Assembly: GCA_036402055.1 (NCBI GenBank)
Contig: DASWTQ010000297.1
Coordinates: forward strand, 1-59,899
Direction of reading: 5' to 3'
Source: Herpetosiphonaceae bacterium
GTDB taxonomy: Bacteria; Chloroflexota; Chloroflexia; Chloroflexales; Kallotenuaceae
Length of the DNA: 59,899 nt
A program made the position numbers and the translations under genes. The notes beneath the pieces are model-generated. The model had not been told where the DNA came from. It saw only the letters and a program-made list of their open reading frames with translations, and did no database searches. This document shows, in pieces, positions 58,200 through 59,899 of the stretch. The stretch's first letter is position 1. Each line of letters begins with the position of its first letter.

Positions 58200-59899
58200 T
58201 TAATTTTTTCTTCTCCCAAGCTGTTGCTGCCGCTCCAGCGCGGCTTTCTGCTTCTGCGCCCGCGCCTCGGCCTTGTCGAGGGCTGTGCTGCTGGTCTGCG
58301 CCTGGCTCAGGTGCTGCGCCAATTTGCTGACGGTCGGGTACTGGAACAGCGCGATCAGGTTGAAGCTGCGGTCGAAGTGCGGCGTGAGCTTATCGTAGGC
58401 TTGCGTCACCAGCAGCGAGTGCGCGCCAAGGTCAAAAAAGTTATCGTGGATGCCGACGCGCTCCACATGCAGCAATTCCTGCCACACCTCGGCGATCAGC
58501 CGCTCGGTGGGCGTGGTTGGCGCGACATACGGCTCGCTGCTCACGGCGATCAGGCTTTCGGGGCTGGGCAGCTGACGCCGATCAACTTTGCCGCTCGGCG
58601 TCAGCGCGAATGATTTCACGCACGCGATCTGGCCGGGAACCATAAACTCGGGCAATGTCTGCCGCAGCAGAGATCGCAGCTCACTGCTGAGATTGCCGGT
58701 TTCGGCAGCCGGCTGCGGGAGCACGTAGGCCACGAGCTGCGGATTGCTCAGCGCATCGCTCGATACAGCGACCACGGCCTGCTGAATCGCCGGATGCTGC
58801 TGCAAGATCGCCTCGATCTCGCCCAGCTCGATGCGCAGCCCGCGCAGCTTCACCTGTGTATCGACGCGCCCCAGGAATTCGATCCGGCCGTCTGCGAGGT
58901 AGCGCGCCCGATCGCCGGTGCGGTAGAGCCGCGCCCCGTGTTCGCCGCTGAAGGAATCAGGGATGAATCGCTCGGCGGTCAGCTCGGGGCGTGCGACATA
59001 GCCTCGGGCAACACCGGCACCACCGATGTACAGCTCGCCGGCCACACCAGGCGGCAGCAGGTTGCCCCGCCGGTCCAGTACGTAGCAGCGCACATTCGCG
59101 ATCGCCCGTCCGATCGTGGGTGTGGCGTTCGCATGCAGGCGGCAAACTGCGGCATCGACGGTGGTTTCGGTCGGGCCGTAGACGTTATAGGCTTGTAGCT
59201 GCGGGACGTTTGTCAGCCGAGTCCACAGCGTTTCGTCGAGCGGCTCGCCGCCGACCAGCAGCGCTGCCGGTAGCTGACCGTCCAGCAGTCCCGCCGCCAG
59301 CAGCTCGCGCAGCTGCGTCGGCGTGCAGTCCAGCACATCGAGCTGCTGCTCGCGAATAAAGGCGCAGAGCTGAGCGCCGCTCAGGCGGATCTCCTCAGGC
59401 ACGATCACGATCGTGTGACCGCGCAGCACCTGAATCCACTGCTTGACCGAGCCGTCGAAGACCAGCGGCGCGTTCATGCTGACGCGCAGCGCCGGCTGGA
59501 GTTCGTCGTAGATCGCGTGCTGGAGCGCCGTCGCAAGATTGACCACGCTGCGCTGCTGGACCATTACGCCTTTGGGCCGTCCGGTCGAGCCCGAGGTGTA
59601 GATGATGTACGCTAGCTGCTCGGGCTGAACGTGAATCTGCGGATTGGTCGCCGGCTCCTGGTCGATCTGTTGCTGCTGAGTGTCGAGGGCGACGATCGGA
59701 ATGTGCGCCGGCAGATGTTCGCGCAGCGCTGCCTGTGTGATCACCGCCGCTGCCTGCGACTCGTCCAGCATGTAGCGCAGGCGCTCGACGGGATAGGTCG
59801 GATCGAGCGGTACATACGCGCCGCCCGCTTTGAGAATGCCCAGCACACCAACCAGCATCTCGATCGAGCGCGGCAGGCACAGCCCAACGCGCGCCTCCA
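58200..59899 (-). CDS. NRPS fragment, ...A(Glu-like) - T (5' end beyond the right window edge)
   Basis: The frame stays open upstream of the first Met to nt 59899 (…[30 protein letters not shown], the A2 core). Motifs present are [41 protein letters not shown] and [12 protein letters not shown]. The hand-extracted code DGKDLGVVDK matches the published Glu code DAKDLGVVDK at 9 of 10 positions. The C-terminal tail is basic. Confidence 0.85.
   Translation of the reverse strand, partial: EARVGLCLPRSIEMLVGVLGILKAGGAYVPLDPTYPVERLRYMLDESQAAAVITQAALREHLPAHIPIVALDTQQQQIDQEPATNPQIHVQPEQLAYIIYTSGSTGRPKGVMVQQRSVVNLATALQHAIYDELQPALRVSMNAPLVFDGSVKQWIQVLRGHTIVIVPEEIRLSGAQLCAFIREQQLDVLDCTPTQLRELLAAGLLDGQLPAALLVGGEPLDETLWTRLTNVPQLQAYNVYGPTETTVDAAVCRLHANATPTIGRAIANVRCYVLDRRGNLLPPGVAGELYIGGAGVARGYVARPELTAERFIPDSFSGEHGARLYRTGDRARYLADGRIEFLGRVDTQVKLRGLRIELGEIEAILQQHPAIQQAVVAVSSDALSNPQLVAYVLPQPAAETGNLSSELRSLLRQTLPEFMVPGQIACVKSFALTPSGKVDRRQLPSPESLIAVSSEPYVAPTTPTERLIAEVWQELLHVERVGIHDNFFDLGAHSLLVTQAYDKLTPHFDRSFNLIALFQYPTVSKLAQHLSQAQTSSTALDKAEARAQKQKAALERQQQLGRRKN

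Overview
GC-rich 59.9-kb window dominated by a hybrid NRPS/PKS biosynthetic gene cluster. The cluster is split into two convergent operons. The plus-strand operon (5973-19177) encodes a GT1 glycosyltransferase, a FAAL-ACP-C-FkbH-PCP loading protein and a C-A-T-E-C NRPS. The minus-strand operon runs from beyond the right edge down to 28360. It encodes an A-T fragment (5' end outside the window), two paralogous KS-AT-KR-DH-ACP PKS modules, a C-A-T NRPS and a 3583-aa NRPS with the non-colinear string A-A-T-C-C-T-C-A-T-TE. An MFS exporter and a polytopic M28 metallopeptidase follow and appear translationally coupled to it. Between the two operons lie a YtfQRT/YjfF-like (galactofuranose-type) ABC importer, an ICMT-like membrane methyltransferase, a decayed GH2 glycosidase remnant and a secreted repeat protein. 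Left of the cluster are UDP-galactopyranose mutase (glf), a small PRC-barrel-like ORF, a lipoprotein gene, a tandem-HTH XRE regulator and a truncated cohesin-like secreted protein. I recognised no rRNA, tRNA, CRISPR array or transposase. The main points of interest:
- a lipid-plus-glycerate starter;
- a carrier-less A-A didomain;
- a C-C didomain preceded by an internal docking-head-like motif;
- a split C|A module encoded on opposite strands;
- KR-before-DH order in both PKS modules;
- repeat-like in-frame insertions in two A domains.
All calls rest on manual motif reading of the supplied translations. No database search, HMM or structure prediction was run, and domain borders are approximate (about +/-30 aa).
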